NCBI GenBank assembly: GCA_043228905.1
Contig: JBHGNT010000018.1
Span: forward strand, 12,152,001 to 12,216,000
Source: Azolla caroliniana
Lineage: Eukaryota > Plantae > Polypodiophyta
DNA length: 64,000 bases
Direction of reading: 5' to 3'
Shown here: positions 37,637 to 50,076 of the stretch, piece after piece
Layout of the letters: each line of letters begins with the position of its first letter
Numbering within the stretch: position 1 is the stretch's first letter
Notes under the pieces: model-generated
Seen by the model: the letters and a program-made list of their open reading frames with translations, nothing else
Database searches by the model: none
Told to the model about the DNA's origin: nothing
Program-made: the position numbers and the translations under genes

Positions 37637-40600
37637 GTCCAACCAAAATAGGAGCCGTTTGGTTGGACAACCCTAGATCTGTGCAACCCATTAGTGGTTC
37701 CATTTCCTCTAAGGAAGTTAGCAATGTGTTCTTAGCTCAAGTAATGGTTAGTACTAAAAGTACTCCAGTACATGTCTTAGCACTCTTAGATTCCGAAGCC
37801 AACTCTTGCTTCATGGATAGGAATTTTGCCCAAGCTCATCAGATATCCCTAAAGAAACTCCATGTCCAGCCTCTGTAGTAGTCATTGATGGTCATCCCAT
37901 TGCTTCTGGGAATATTATAGAAGAGTTAGAACCCGTTAATATTGTCCTAGATAACTTTAGCATGTGTAGTATCATTTAATATAATTAGTATCCCAGAACA
38001 TCCCATTGTTTTGGGATTACCATGGTTCGAATTACACAACCCAACCATAGATTGGAGAACAAGAGAAATACGACGTCTACAAACCTGAGGATCTACTCAT
38101 AAGATTGCAACCATTTCACTACATTAGTTGTGTGAGGAAAGACGCAACGAAGAAATGTTTCTCTTCGCAATATCAATAAACCCCTCTAGTATCAATAAAG
38201 AGGAGTCCGCCGTTCAACTTCTAGAGAAGTATCGTCATTATGCCGATGTGTTTGATAAAGTGCGAGCTAATACACTTCCTCACCATCGATTGTATGATTG
38301 CCCCATCGATTTACAACTGGGAAAAGAACCACCATGGGGACCGATCTACAATTTGTCACCAATTGAGCTAGAAGTCCTTCGAGCCTATATAGAGGAGAAT
38401 TTGGCAAATGGTTTCATTTGACATTCGAAATCTCCAGCCGGTGCACCCATTTTCCTCGTCAAGAAAAAGGATGGATCACTTCGTCTTGTTGTAGATTACC
38501 GTGGGTTGAATAAAGTCACCATCAGGAATAGGTATGCACTTCCTCTTATCTCAAGTCTTTTAGAACGGAACAATGGTGCAAGGTTCTTCACAAATATCGA
38601 CTTACGAGGAGCGTATAACCTCGTACAGATCTGACCAGGAGATGAATGGAAGACTGCGTTTCGCACAAGATATGGGCACTTCGAGTATACGGTCATGCCA
38701 TTCGGCCTCACTAATGCGCCAACAATCTTCCAACACATGGCAAATGATATATTCCGAGATCTCTTGGATGATTTTTTGATCATTTATTTGGATGATCTAC
38801 TGGTTTATTTGAAGACCCAAGAAGAGCATGATTCTCATGTACTGTTAGTACTAAAATGACTTCAAGAACGTGGTCTTTATGCAAAGCTGGAAAAATGTAG
38901 TTTCGGGTGCAACTAGGTAGAATTTTTGGGCTGTCATTTCCTCGGAAGGCATCTCCATGGATCAAGCTAAGGTCAAAATGGTGGTAAAGTGGCAAACTCC
39001 GCGTTCATTGCGAGATGTGCAATTCTTTTTAGGCTTTGCCAATTTTTACCGCAAGTTCATACAGGATTACTCAAAGCTTGTTCTGCCTCTCACACAACTT
39101 ACCAGGAAGGGAAAATCGTTCGTTTGGTATGAAGAAGCGGACATTGCTTTTGAGAGTCTTAAGAAGGCATTTACATCAGCTCTTATTTTAGCTCATGTTG
39201 ATCCAGAAAAACCATTCATCATTGAAGCAGACGCGTCAGATTTCGCCTTGGGTAGCATTCTGTCTCAACAAGGCGATGATGAAAAGCTACATCCTGTGGC
39301 TTTCCATTCACGCAAGTTTGACGGCGCGGAAATCAACTATGAAACTCATGATAAGGAGCTATTAGCAATAGTGGACTCTTTTACGCAATGGAGACATTTT
39401 CTAGAGGGGTCTTCTCATCAAGTCATTGTATTCAGTGATCACAAAAACCTTGCCTACTTTCAGAATGCTCGTGTGTTAAATTGACGTCAAGCTCGGTGGG
39501 CCCAATTCCTCACTCGTTTTGACTTCAAAATTACATATTGTCTGGGGAAGCAACAAGGGAAGGCGGATGCATTATCACGGTGTTCGTATCTAGCACCGCG
39601 TCCCAATGAGCCGGCTTTCGATAACCAAAAGCAAGTAATTTTGGGACCGACACGATTGCAAGAAACGCAGGTCTTCAGTATGCCCTTGGATTCCCATGTT
39701 ATCGATACCATACTTGAGGACTTGAAGATAGATGTTTTCGCTCAAGCCATTCTAGCACAAATTGATCCCTCTCGAGCATCTTGTTCATAGTCACAACAAC
39801 CAGGTACGAACTATTGGCAATTTGAATGTCATGATGGATTATTATTCTTTAAGAAACTCTTGTATGTTCCTAATGGTACTTGTCGTCTTCAAGTAGTCCA
39901 AAACTGTCATGACACATATACAACTGGGCATTTTGGTAGTACTAAACACTAGATTTAGTACAACAATCCTTCTAGTGGCCCCATATGCGACAATTTGTCG
40001 AAGATTTTGTTCGGACTTATGATACATGTTGCAGAGCAAAAATGCCAAGGCATCATCCATATGGTTTATTAGAACCATTACCAATTCCAAGCAAGCCATG
40101 ACAATCCATTGGCCTAGATTTCATCACATATCTTCCAGTCTCTAAGGTATTCAATGCGATCTTAATAGTTGTAGATCGATATATGAAGATGGCCCATTTC
40201 CTACCATGTACTAAGGAAATCTCCAGTGAAGAAACCGCTAAAATTGTCATGCGTGAAGTATGTCGTCAGTTTGGCCTTCCCGATAGTATCATCAGCGACC
40301 ATGGACCCCAGTTCATCTCAAAGTTCTGGAAGCACCTCTTTAAAATGCTTAAGGTCACTTGTAACCTCTCCTCCGGCTACCACCCGCAAACAGATGGCCA
40401 AGTAGAACGAACAAATCAAACGTTGGAGCAATATCTTTGGTGCTTTTTAAGCTATCATGAAGATGATTGGGCGGATATTCTCCACTTCACCGAATTTGCG
40501 TATAATAACTCTGCCCACTCATCGACAAAGGTGACACCATTTTATGCTTACACGGGCTGTCACCCCCGGTGGTGTGTATTTGAAACCCTAGAGTTATCCA

Positions 40601-41213
40601 AAAATCCTTGTGCAAGGGATAGTTTGGAGCGGCTACGTAAGATACAAGCGGATTTATCTACTCATCTACAACAAGCTCAACAAACACACAAGGTTTATGC
40701 AGATCGTCATTAGCTTCCATCCAATTTTGACATTGGAGATTGGGTGTGGCTACTACGATGACAAATCAAGACTACTCACCCATGCGAGAAGTTGGATTAT
40801 CGGCGATTAGGTCCTTTCTGTATTATCGGAACAATTAATGATGTCGCTTTTCGTTTTGATCTACCTCCACAACTTCGGATACATCCGGTGTTTCATAGTT
40901 CTCTCCTTGAACCCTATCAAGACAGCACCATCCCAGGTCGTATTAAACAACCTCCACCCCTGATCGAACTTGAAGATGGACCTATGTATGATGTTGCCGC
41001 CATCCTCGATTCCAAGATTGTTCGCAACAAGCTCTACTATTTAGTAGATTGGCTAGGATATAGTCCCAACGAGCATACTTGGGAACCAATAGAGAATGCG
41101 ACCAATGCTTGTGCTCTTCTTGAAGACTTCCATCATCAATATCTAGACAAACCGGGTCCTCAATCCAAAACGACTCGTGACCCTCGTCGTTTTAAAGGGG
41201 GGATAATGTCATG

Positions 41214-41283
41214 ATATGGCAAGACTCGAACTCATGACTTTATGTTCCATAGGTCGAGCTCTTAACCATTAGACCATATGTTG
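41214..41283 (-). ncRNA. tRNA-like cassette in the 3' LTR (antisense)
   Basis: Reverse complement ATATGGTCTAATGGTTAAGAGC...GAGTTCGAGTCTTGCCATAT, with atatgg/ccatat end pairing. Confidence 0.65.
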
Positions 41284-41501
41284 TAATACGAAAGGTATTA
41301 TTTACATTTAATTTTTACTATAGAAAATTGATGTATGTTCCCGATTTCTCTGGAACATTCTAAAAACTTCAGGAGTACTCCTGAGAACACTATGAAAGGA
41401 GGCACAAGGCATTATTTCAAACCAAATCGGTTCAACGCCAGTCTTAAGCCTCCTAGCTACTATTGTATATTCCCTTAACATAATATATATCTTTTGTTAT
41501 T

Positions 41502-41556
<55 letters not shown>

Positions 41557-43212
41557 TCTTTGGAGAGTTCTACACCTCCCTCAATACTAATCCTCATCTT
41601 TTAGTACTAATTCCTTCTCTGTTTTAGTACTGTTCCTGACAATACTTCTTTGTCTTAGTACTGCTCCTGACAGTATGTCCTAGGGGGTTTCGCTTGTGCT
41701 CTGTCTCTTGTGCAAGATCCCACTCGGTGCGACGAGCCCGAGAGCTGCCCGATCGGCGGCTTGGTAGTAGACAACTACTGTAACCTAGTCTACCTTAGTC
41801 CGGCTCGAAGCCGGAGTTGTATCTTGCTCTTGTGTGTGTATATATATATATATATAAGTGGAGTTCTGTGCATCTGTGTCGGTGTCGGTGTCTTTGGAGT
41901 TCTTTCTTTCTGGTTTCTGTACATAGCAAGCGTGTGTCTAATCGGTTTTGCGTACATGTCCTTTTTCCTCTCTCATTCGGTTGCTTCCGGTACGTATCTG
42001 GAAACACTCTGGTCGGTCGGCGGAAACGGCAAAGCTCGACCTTCTATGCTCCTTCTCTCTTAGGTCCAAAACCCCGGTGGTCCCGCCCCAGATCTAACAC
42101 GTACCCGCGGAAAATCACGACATATTTGGTGACCCCGATGTGAAAGGGTGGCAAGGGAGGATGGAGTTCGAAGATGATGACTTCACGGAGATAATGGCGA
42201 AGGTACTGGTGGAGTTCGGACAAGAGACAATGAGACGAGAAGCGGCGCAACAAGCAGTCGAGACCGTGGTCTAAAGAGTCGGCTATTTCAACGGGAATAA
42301 AGTCCCATTCTACTTGGAAGCCTACAACGCGGAAATGGAGGTGCGAGATGTAGACGAGGCATTGAGGCTAGAGTTCTTCTATCGGGTCGTAGTTGTCCGT
42401 ATGCACCCTGAAGTAAAGGAGCTCCAAGAAGCTCATAGTTCGTGGGAGGCCTTCGAAGAGGTACTCCTACAGACATACGGAGGACGGCCAAAAAGCCGGG
42501 GACGGCGCAACATCGACTAGTGGGTAGCATCGACAAAGACCCGCTGAAGTGCAACAAAGGGGTTCCTAGAGTTCGGGCGGCACTTTGCTCGACTCCCGGA
42601 GAGGGAACAAACACTCATGGGGGTGGACAAAGTCGTCTTGTTCGTTAGGTCGATCAACCGAGAAGAACAGGAGGCTATCGAAATCGAGCTCGAAGATGGC
42701 GACAGAGTGAATGACCTTACAAAGGACGGGTCAAAAGTCGAACGAGTATGCTGGCGGTTGGATGAGGAGCAGTCCACGAAAGGAAAAGGGAAGATGACAG
42801 GTGACGGCGCATCATCACAGTAGGCATGTGCGTGCAACGAGACGGAACGACGAAAATAGATGTCGTGTCCCTGGTCCAGGAAGTGTATGAGGCTCTGAAG
42901 GCAATGGTCGAGGAAGAGGAGAGATCCAGCGCGCGGTCAAATCCGGAGATCCAGAGCTAGTCGGCCTTCCGGACGAGATGGACGTGGCCCACGCGGAGGC
43001 CAGAGGACGGTACGATGGTACCACGGGAGAGGGTGCAGAGCACGACACCCTCTCGACTTGCGGGGATAGTCCGACCAAGGATAAGGTCGGAATCGGAGAA
43101 GCGATGATCGTTGGTTCAGAACGAGACCGGCAGTTCAGGCGCGACAGCCCAAAACTCTGGATATTGGAGAAGCAAGCCCAAGTGGGGCTTGCGCGATCAA
43201 AGGAGAAAGAGC

Positions 43213-46200
43213 TGTTGAGAACTCGACGTTCCTTATGTCCGACGCTCGGCCACAACCGAGATTCTTTTCATACACAGAAAAACAGGTAATGAAACGCGAC
43301 ACAAAGGGGAGAAATGGTACACAGGAGGTTTACGTGGAAAACCCCAAAATAGGGGAAAAACCACGGCAGCCCACAGGCTGCAAACTGTCACTATGTAGGA
43401 ATATACAACAGTGAGTTCACTAAGGCAACGACCTCGTGCTCTCAGATCTTCGCCACAGGCGGCGGTTACAACAGAGGCAACGACCTCGTCTCTCTCTCTC
43501 TCTCTCTGTACAGTTACGCGCTCTCGCTTCTTCTTGCACCAACAAGGAAGAATAACAACAACAAAAACGACACACCTAAAAGTTTGCCCTAAGTCATATT
43601 TATACTAATATGACTTTTCGGCTATTTACAAATGTAGCCTCGATGGGCTCTCAGAAACATATTTACGAATATGTCTCTTCCTCCGGTTCATACCGGGCCT
43701 ACACCATCCGGCTCTCCGCAGTTGGGTACTCCCCATCCGGTTCATACCGTTTCGGCCTCGGCCGAGTTTGTTCGTCGGCACTGTTCTTCTCCCTTCCCAT
43801 CCGGAGGGACCTGTCTCCCAACAAACTCCCCCTTCACTCCGGCATGGGGTGTCTTTCCAGCCCGATCCTCTTCCGGCATGCGTCCAGCTTGTCGGGTGTC
43901 AGCACTTTGGTCAGCATATCTGACCCGTTCTCGGCCGTGTGGATCTTCGCCAATGCGAACTCCTGGTCATCTACCCTTTCCCGGATCCAGTAATACCTCT
44001 GCTGGATATGCTTCGTCCGGGAATGGTAGGCCGCATTCTTAGCAAGGTGGATGGCACTTTGACTGTCGCAGTAGAGTCGGTATTCCTCTTGCCGGATACC
44101 GAGCTCTCCGATGAAGTCCTTCATCCATAATATTTCCTTGCCGGCTTCTACAACCGCCATGTACTCCGCCTCTGTGGTTGACAATGCAACCGTCTTCTGC
44201 AGCCTCGACTGCCACGAAACAGCTCCCCCTGCATATGTCATCACATGCCCGGATGTAGACCGGCTGGTATCCACATCAGCCGACATGTCCGAATCGGTGA
44301 AACCGTCCAGTTGAGGTTTCCCGGAGCCGAATTGGAGACACATATTTGAAGTGCCCTTCAAATACCGGAGTATCCATTTGACCGCGTTCCAATGCTCCTT
44401 GCCGGGATTACTCATGAACCGGCTCACCACTCCGACTGCGTATCCAATGTCTGGTCGGGTACAAACCATTGCGTACATCAAGCTCCCGACGGCAGAGGCA
44501 TATGGAATCTTCATCATATCTGCCTTCTCTCCTTTTGTCTTCGGGCTTTGCTTGCCAGACAACTTGCAGTTTGCCGGAAGTGTCGATCCGACCGGTTTTG
44601 CATCTGACATGTTGAACCGGTGAAGCACCTTTGTCACATACTTCTCCTGTGACAGCCATAATTGGTTCACTGACCGGTCCCGAATGATGTGCATCCCCAG
44701 CATCTGTCTTGCCGGACCCAAGTCATTCATTGAGAAGGTCCGGTTGAGAGCCTTCTTCAGCATCCGTATTTTGACTTGGTCCTGTCCGACGATCAACATG
44801 TCATCCACGTACAGGAGGAGTATCAGGAAGTCCCCTCCTTCGAACTTCTTCACAAACACGCAGTGATCGGCCTGCGTCTTGTGGTACCCTTGATCGGTCA
44901 TGAAGGAGTCGAACTTCCGATACCATTGCCGGGGAGCCTGCTTCAGTCCGTATAGGCTCTTCTTCAACCGGCATACCAGGTGCTCCTTCCCTTTCTCCAC
45001 AAATTCTTCCGGTTGCTGCATGTAGATCTCCTCTTCGAGGTCGCCATGAAGGAATGCCGTCTTCACGTCCAGCTGCTCTACCTCGAGGTCCATGCTTGCT
45101 GCTATACTCAGCACCGTCCGGATGGAGGTCATCTTTACTACCGGGGCGAATATTTCGTCGAAGTCCACGCCCTTCTTCTGCTGGAACCCCTTCACCACGA
45201 TCCTGGCTTTGTATCTAGGGGGGTTGCCGACATCTCCCGGTTTCAACTTGAACACCCACTTGTTTCGGAGTGCCCGCTTTCCTTTCGGCAGCTCCACCAA
45301 TTCGTACGTATGGTTCTCATGCAGGGAATCCATCTCATCCTGCATGGCACTTAACCATTTTCGGCTATGGGTGTCTTCCTTCGCTTCTTCGAAGCTTTCC
45401 GGCTCCCCCTCATCGGTCAGTAGGACATGCTCTGCATCCGGAAATCTCCGGGGCGCCCTTCTCTCTCTGAGAGGATATCTACGTCTTCGGGCTTCGGTAA
45501 CCGGTTCCTCCATTTGCTCTTCATCCGAATCCGATTCGGGGTCTTGACCGGTTCCGGTCTCAGCTTCCTCTACTTCTTCTTCTGCCGGTTCGGTATCCTC
45601 ACCGTAACCGGCTGGTTCCTCGAGTGCTAACCGGTCTCTTGCCGATTGGGTCTGCTCATTGTAGAGTCTATCCTTACCGGTCGACTCGGAGTTCATTACC
45701 TTCTTCTCCGACTCCCAGTCGGCGAGCGTCTTGTCCTCCATGAAGATAATATCTCGACTCCGGAATACCTTCTTGTCGACCGGGTCCCACACTCGGTAGC
45801 CGAACTCATCGTCACCGTAACCGAGGAATATGCATGGCCGGGTCTTTGGATCTAACTTTCCTCTCCGGTCCTTTGCTACATGCACGTACGCGAGACACCC
45901 GAACACCCTCAGATGCCGGTAGGACACTTCCTTACCGGTCCATACTCTCTGTGGCGTGTCTCCGTCCAAGGGTACTGAGGGTGATCTGTTTATCACATAT
46001 GTCGCCGTCGACAGTGCCTCAGCCCAAAACTTCTTGGGTAGTTTTGCATGCGCTAGCATACTCCGAACCCTCTCCATTATGGTCCGGTTCATCCTCTCGG
46101 CCAGTCCGTTTAGTTCCGGTGTCTTCGGCACGGTAAATTCGAGCCGGATTCCCTTCGAGCGGCAGTACTCCTCGAACTGCCCCCGGTACTCACCTCCGTT

Positions 46201-48558
46201 ATCTGCTCAAACCGCCTTCAGCTTCCGGCCGGTTTCTCTTTCCACTCTCACGTGGAGCTCTTTGAAGACTAATAACACCTGATCCTTCGTCTTCAGCGGT
46301 GTGGCCCACAGCTTCCGGCTGTGGTCATCTATGAACGTCACGAAGTACTGCGCTCCGGCATGTGACTTCGTGTCTACTTGACAAACATCCGTATGCACCA
46401 ACTCCAGTGGTGCATTACGTCTCATCGGTGGCCTTGGTCGGAAGGAGGTCCGGTTCTGCTTACCGGCCAGACAATCAGTGCACTTCTCTAAGTGCACGTT
46501 CTTCACTGGAATGAGGTTGTCGTCTCCAAGCCTCTTCATCCCCTTCTCACTCATGTGACATAGCCTCTTGTGCCACAGCTCACCGGCAGTGTCGGAAGCC
46601 ACGTTCACTTCTTCCGGACATAACCGGGCATTCATCAGGTACAGTGTGTTTACCTTCCGGGCCCGAGCCACAATCAGGCTCCCTTTGCTGAACTTCATGA
46701 CACCATTCCGGATGCTACCCGTGTAGCCTTCATCATCCAGCCGACCGGCTGATATCAGGTTCAGACAAACTTCTGGAACGTGTCGGACATCCTTCAACAG
46801 CAACTTGCATCCGGTTGGTGTTGTCAGCCACACGTCTCCTATGCCGACAATTCGGCATGTTCCTTCATTCCCCATCCGGACACAGCCGTGATCACCGGCT
46901 GAGTAGGATGAGAAGCATTTCCGGTCTGGGGTAAGGTGGAACGACGCTCCGGAGTCTACCACCCAGGTCATCTCGTCGCCGGCATGGTTTATCTCACTCT
47001 CCTCGGTGATGAGCATCAACTCCTCTTCACTTGCCGCAATTGCCGTCGTTCCCTTCCGGTCTGGCCCCCTCTGGTCTTTACCGTTCCGGTCTGTACCGTT
47101 CCGGTTCGAGGTTTGCTTCGAATCGGTACCGTCGGTTTCCTTGTCTTTACGGAAATGCCGACAGTTCTTTTGGAAGTGTCCCGGCTTGCCGCAATAGAAG
47201 CAAGTAGGCCTCCCCCTTGACTTTGACCGTGTCCCCGACTTCTCCCGGTTCTGGGGACTACAGTTTCTATGTCTTCCGCGTTCCGATTCGGTAAGGAGCG
47301 CTTTGGAGTCGGAGCTCGTATCTTTGTCTTTTCGACGAGCCTCCTCATCTAGCAAGCTCGACTTTACTCTTGCTAGGGATAACCGTTTTCCTTCCGGCCC
47401 GGCGTTGCCCAAAGTGACAACCAACGTCTCCCAGCTATCCGGGAGGGAACCGAACAGGAGTAGCGCTAGGACCTCATCGGCAAGAGGTACTTCCAATGAC
47501 GTTGCCTGGTGGATCAGCCCCTGGAAGGCATTCATATGCTCCGCCATGCTGGAGCCATCTTGGTACCGGAGTCTTACTAGCTTCCGGAATACCGACACCT
47601 GATTGACAGCATTTTTGTTCTGGAACATTATGCCGATCTTCTCCCAGAGCTCATGAGCCTTGCTCTCTTCATTGAAGTTGTTGTACAGGCTCATGTCGAT
47701 GAAGCACCGTATGTACGCCGTTGTCTTCATGTGCATCACCTCCCATATCGCGGCGTCGATTTTGTCCGGTCTCTTGTCCCCGAACTGAACCGGCAGCCAG
47801 AGGTCTTTAACCACGAGCATGTCCCTCATCTTCGACTTCCACACTGAATAGTTGGAGCCGGTGAGCTTGAACATGCCGCCAAACGATTCGTCCATTTTCT
47901 GTGTCGATTTCGCTCTGATACCACTTGTTGAGAACTCGACGTTCCTTATGTCCGACGCTCGGCCACAACCGAGATTCTTTTCATGCACAGAAAAACAGGT
48001 AATGAAACGCGACACAAAGGGGAGAAATGGTACACAGGAGGTTTATGTGGAAAACCCCAAAATAGGGGAAAAACCACGGCAGCCCACAGGCTGCAAACTG
48101 TCACTATGTAGGAATATACAACAGTGAGTTCACTGAGGCAACGACCTCGTGCTCTCAGATCTTCGCCACAGGCGGCGGTTACAACAGAGGCAACGAGCTC
48201 ATCTCTCTCTCTCTCTCTGTACAGTTACGCACTCTCGCTTCTTCTTGCACCAACAAGGAAGAATAACAACAACAAAAACGACACACCTAAAAGTTTGCCC
48301 TAAGTCATATTTATACTAATATGACTTTTCGGCTATTTACAAATGTAGCCTTGATGGGCTCTCAGAAACATATTTACGAATATGTCTCTTCCTCCGGTTC
48401 ATACCGGGCCTGCACTATCCGGCTCTCCGCAGTCGGGTACTCCCCATCCGGTTCATACCGGGCCTACACCATCCGGCTCTCCGCAGTCGGGTACTCTGGA
48501 GTTTGTTCGTCGGCACTGTTCTTCTCCCTTCCCATCCGGAGGGACTTGTCTCCCAACA
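43213..48558 (-). mobile_element. Near-intact Tnt1-like Ty1/copia: LTRs 47926-48558 (5') and 43213-43823 (3')
   Basis: Perfect TSD agagc, iMet PBS 47912-47923, PPT 43824-43834, near-identical LTRs. Confidence 0.97.
43834..47895 (-). pseudogene. Copia gag-pol polyprotein with a single in-frame stop (46207-46209)
   Basis: CFYCGKPGH, VDSGAS, WHKRLCH, HTDV, NGLAER, YVDD, TDSD; KLKAV*ADNGGEY, consistent with CGA>TGA. Confidence 0.93.
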
Positions 48559-50076
48559 AGAGCCTCCTCTGCCTACCCCACCGATGAGTTGGTGGCTATG
48601 GACAAGTCGTCGGAGGGCGAACATACGAAATCGTTCTCCGGACTGTTTCCAGAGACTACGACAGTTTGGACGCCGTGGCAACGTAAGGCCATAGAGATGG
48701 AAGATGGCAGAGGGAACGCCAAGGAGAAGGATAAGGATGAGTCGGAGCTTAGATGGAGAGATCCCTCCACACTGGTTCCAGAGACTTTGGAAGTTGGCCG
48801 AACGTGGCAATGTGAGACTGGAGAGAAGGAAGGTGGCGGCGAGGCGACTCAGTCCGAGAGAAGTACAAATGGAGGCGGTGAAACGAAGGATGGTCCTATG
48901 GATCTCCTCACACTTAACCCAGAGACTTCGGCAGTTCATCCCGAGAGAAGGATGGTGGCGGCGGGAGAACGGGATTTGGTAATGCAGAGGAGTGCGGACG
49001 GAGCGGTCCCTCCACACTAGATCCAGAGATTTCGGCAGTCGAGCTTGTGTGCCGACGTGAGACCAGAGAGATGGAAGGTGGTGGTGAGAGGACATGGCTC
49101 GAGGCCAGCGTGCACGAAAGGAAGGATGAGGCTAGCGAGGCGGCCAAAGACGAAACCACGGCGGGTGCGAAAAACAAAATCGTCTGAGACCGATCCGAGC
49201 AAACGATGAGTCGGCCTAACCGGAGGTGGATGTGACAGGGGCCGGTGAGCCCATAAAAAAATGGATGCGGAGAAGAGCCCTCCACACCGTTTCCGGAGAC
49301 TTTGGCAGTTCAACCACCATTGCAACGTAAGACCGGAGAAATGGAAGGCGGTAGCGAGGAGTCCTGGCACAATGCGAGTGAAGATGGATGGGAGATGGCC
49401 TATGAGGAGGCTAATGACGGAGCCATGGCAGAGTGAATTATAGATGCAAGAGGCGATGCCGAAAGAAGCGGAGTCGGAAATCGGCCCGACCGGGAGCCGA
49501 TCCGGTCGGCATTCCGATTCCGATGGAGCACAATCCGGGCATGGATCGTTTGACCGAAACCGGACCGAGATGTGGAAGACAAAGGAGAGGCAGTTGAGCC
49601 TGATCGGCAGGGGACAAGTCCGGACGAGAACTAGGAATGCCGAAATCTGGATGACCGATCCTGAAGAGAAGACCCGAGAGGGATCCTCCAGACCTAACCC
49701 AGAGACTTCGGCCGTTGCAGATTAACATAAAACTGAGGAGACAGATGGTGGCAGCGAGGGGACGAAGGTCGCAGTATGCGAAGGCACCAAGAGAAACAAG
49801 TGGAGTGCTATGGAGAAAAACGGAGGCCAAGAGGGCCAATCGAGCGAAGAGGGTATTCCTCGGAGTTGAGCAACGTTAACGAAGGAGTTGGAGGACGGAG
49901 AATGAGTTGTCTCCTCGGAAGTGAAGGCCGGGCTATGTGGAGGACGGAGAACGATACATCGGTACCACGGGAGAGGGTGTGGTGCGAGCCATCCTCTCGA
50001 CATGTGGAGAACGAATGACCGAGGACAAGGTCGGGGATGGTGAGGCGATGATCACCGATTCAGGAGAGGACAAGCG

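Larger units (their letters stand above)
35963..41672 (+). mobile_element. Full-length degenerate Tcn1-like chromovirus: LTRs 35963-36397 and 41207-41672, gag, PR, RT, RNase H, IN, chromodomain
   Basis: Matching LTRs, TSD atatg/gtatg, PPT 41194-41206; LLDS(G)A protease, YLDD, ADAS, SDHGPQF and YLVDWLGY..TWEP motifs with many stops. Confidence 0.95.
35603..50076 (+). mobile_element. Non-chromoviral Ty3/gypsy (possibly Phygy-like) element: 5' LTR 35603-42122 split by an insertion, tRNA-Trp PBS, decayed gag-like region and repetitive internal region, no pol seen
   Basis: LTR termini tgttgtgaag/cacgaca similar to the solo LTR at 2314-3041; PBS tggtgaccccgatgtga (42127-42143) complementary to the tRNA-Trp 3' end; gag-like LEAYNAEM..LRLEFF at 42314. 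Confidence 0.72.

Noticed and set aside
47896-48015. N-terminal extension of the 602-aa copia ORF
   Set aside because: It runs through the PBS into the LTR; the true start is most likely MDESFGG at 47895.
43610-48127. Numerous plus-strand ORFs
   Set aside because: They are antisense to the copia polyprotein or lie within LTRs.
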